Shown here: positions 63,103 through 64,000 of the stretch, in pieces | How the letters are laid out: each line of letters begins with the position of its first letter | How positions within the stretch are numbered: the first letter of the stretch is position 1 | Assembly (NCBI GenBank): GCA_963724555.1 | Contig: CAVRVE010000002.1 | Location: 77,005 to 141,004 of the forward strand | DNA from: an uncultured Acidobacteriota bacterium | GTDB taxonomy: Bacteria > Acidobacteriota > Vicinamibacteria > Fen-336 | Direction of reading: 5' to 3' | DNA: 64,000 nt | Notes under the pieces: generated by a model | What the model saw: the letters and a program-made list of their open reading frames with translations, nothing else | What the model was told of the DNA's origin: nothing | The model's database searches: none | Made by a program: the position numbers and the translations under genes

Positions 63103-64000
63103 ATGCCCAGGAAACGGCCGAAGCACCAAGCACCCGCTCCGGAGCCGGAGCTGCGGCCGGAAGCCGTCGCGGCGCTCGAGACGGCGCTCCGCGCGAACGC
63201 GGCGCTCGAGGACGAGCTGCGCCGGTCGAAGCAGCAGCTTTCGCTGCGGGCCTACGAGCTCCACAACCTGGTGGACCTGACCCGCGACCTGACCGGCAGC
63301 TCCGCCGAGGAAGCGATCCGGGAGATCGTGCTCACGACGGTGATGGGGCACTTCGTCGTCTCGAGGAGCGCCCTCTACCTCGTCGGCCCGGACGGGCTCG
63401 CGCTCGCGAGCGCGCGCGGGCTGCGGCGTGACGCCAGGGGCGCGGCGATCCCGCCCCGGGCACTCGCGGGTCTCGCCGGTCCGCGGCCGGTGGCCGAGCT
63501 GCCGCCGGGCCCGCTGCGCGACCGGCTCGAGGCGGACCGGCTGGCGCTCGCCGTGCCGCTCGCCGCGGCGGACCGCATGCTCGGCGTGCTCGCGATCGGC
63601 GAGCGCGCCTCGGGACTGGCGTTCTCCGAGGAGGACAAGGACGTCGCGCAGACGCTGGCGCGCCAGGCGCTCGCCGCGATCGACAACGTGCGCCTGCAGC
63701 GCGTCAGGGACGAGAAGCAGCGCCAGGACCGCGAGCTTTCGGTCGCGCGCGAGATCCAGCAGAGCCTGCTCCCCGCGCGCCAGCCGCAGCTCGACGGCTT
63801 CGAGGTGGCGGGCGAGAGCCGCCCCTGCTTCGAGGTCGGCGGCGACTCCTACGACTGGATACCGCTCGCGAGCGGCCGCCTCGCGCTGGTGGTCGCCGAC
63901 GTCGCCGGCAAGGGCACGCCGGCCAGCCTGCTGATGGCCTCGGCCCATGCGTTCGTTCACGCGCTCGCCGGGACGAGCGCACCGGCCGAGCTCGTCTCGC
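63103..64000 (+). CDS. GAF plus PP2C/SpoIIE-type phosphatase, truncated by the window edge
   Basis: Manual translation MPRKRPKHQAP..., ELSVAREIQQSLLP, EVGGDSYDW, VVADVAGKG; TATCCT 6 nt before the ATG. Confidence 0.85.
   Translation, partial: MPRKRPKHQAPAPEPELRPEAVAALETALRANAALEDELRRSKQQLSLRAYELHNLVDLTRDLTGSSAEEAIREIVLTTVMGHFVVSRSALYLVGPDGLALASARGLRRDARGAAIPPRALAGLAGPRPVAELPPGPLRDRLEADRLALAVPLAAADRMLGVLAIGERASGLAFSEEDKDVAQTLARQALAAIDNVRLQRVRDEKQRQDRELSVAREIQQSLLPARQPQLDGFEVAGESRPCFEVGGDSYDWIPLASGRLALVVADVAGKGTPASLLMASAHAFVHALAGTSAPAELVS

Overview
A very GC-rich, gene-dense bacterial chromosomal window with about 55 CDSs. I see no rRNA, tRNA, CRISPR array, transposase or phage genes. The repertoire (TolB/TPR Ser/Thr kinases, PVC-type heme protein, tricorn protease, Bat operon) suggests Acidobacteriota such as Vicinamibacteria; this is an inference only. 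Roughly 20 otherwise intact genes carry single-base frameshifts, which most likely reflect an unpolished long-read assembly, so several coordinates are stitched across frames. Main content in order: GT4 glycosyltransferase; Tat-exported DUF3500 protein; trxB divergent from a MoxR/DUF58/VWA/Bat operon; a stand-alone Fis-type HTH; tricorn protease; ALDH plus a two-component system; moaD/moaA/moaE interleaved with a Ser/Thr kinase and a PAS-GGDEF-EAL protein; an M50 protease; a DedA-PLD-TPR operon; heme-c dehydrogenases; Nudix hydrolases; a membrane GGDEF module; a tandem sulfatase; an AttEFGH-like ABC/lipocalin system; TMEM175; zwf-pgl; fcl-galE; a sigma54 two-component system with its probable target; a hydroxyproline catabolic cluster interrupted by a kinase; and a PP2C phosphatase. 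Best leads: (i) a sigma54 circuit whose putative enhancer repeats lie inside the activator's own coding sequence and drive an unknown small secreted protein; (ii) a 'split' membrane-sensor/small-protein/diguanylate-cyclase locus; (iii) repeated leaderless and bidirectional -10 promoters; (iv) a structured 247-bp element inside the MoxR operon; (v) a fused 2Fe-2S/flavoprotein D-hydroxyproline dehydrogenase subunit.
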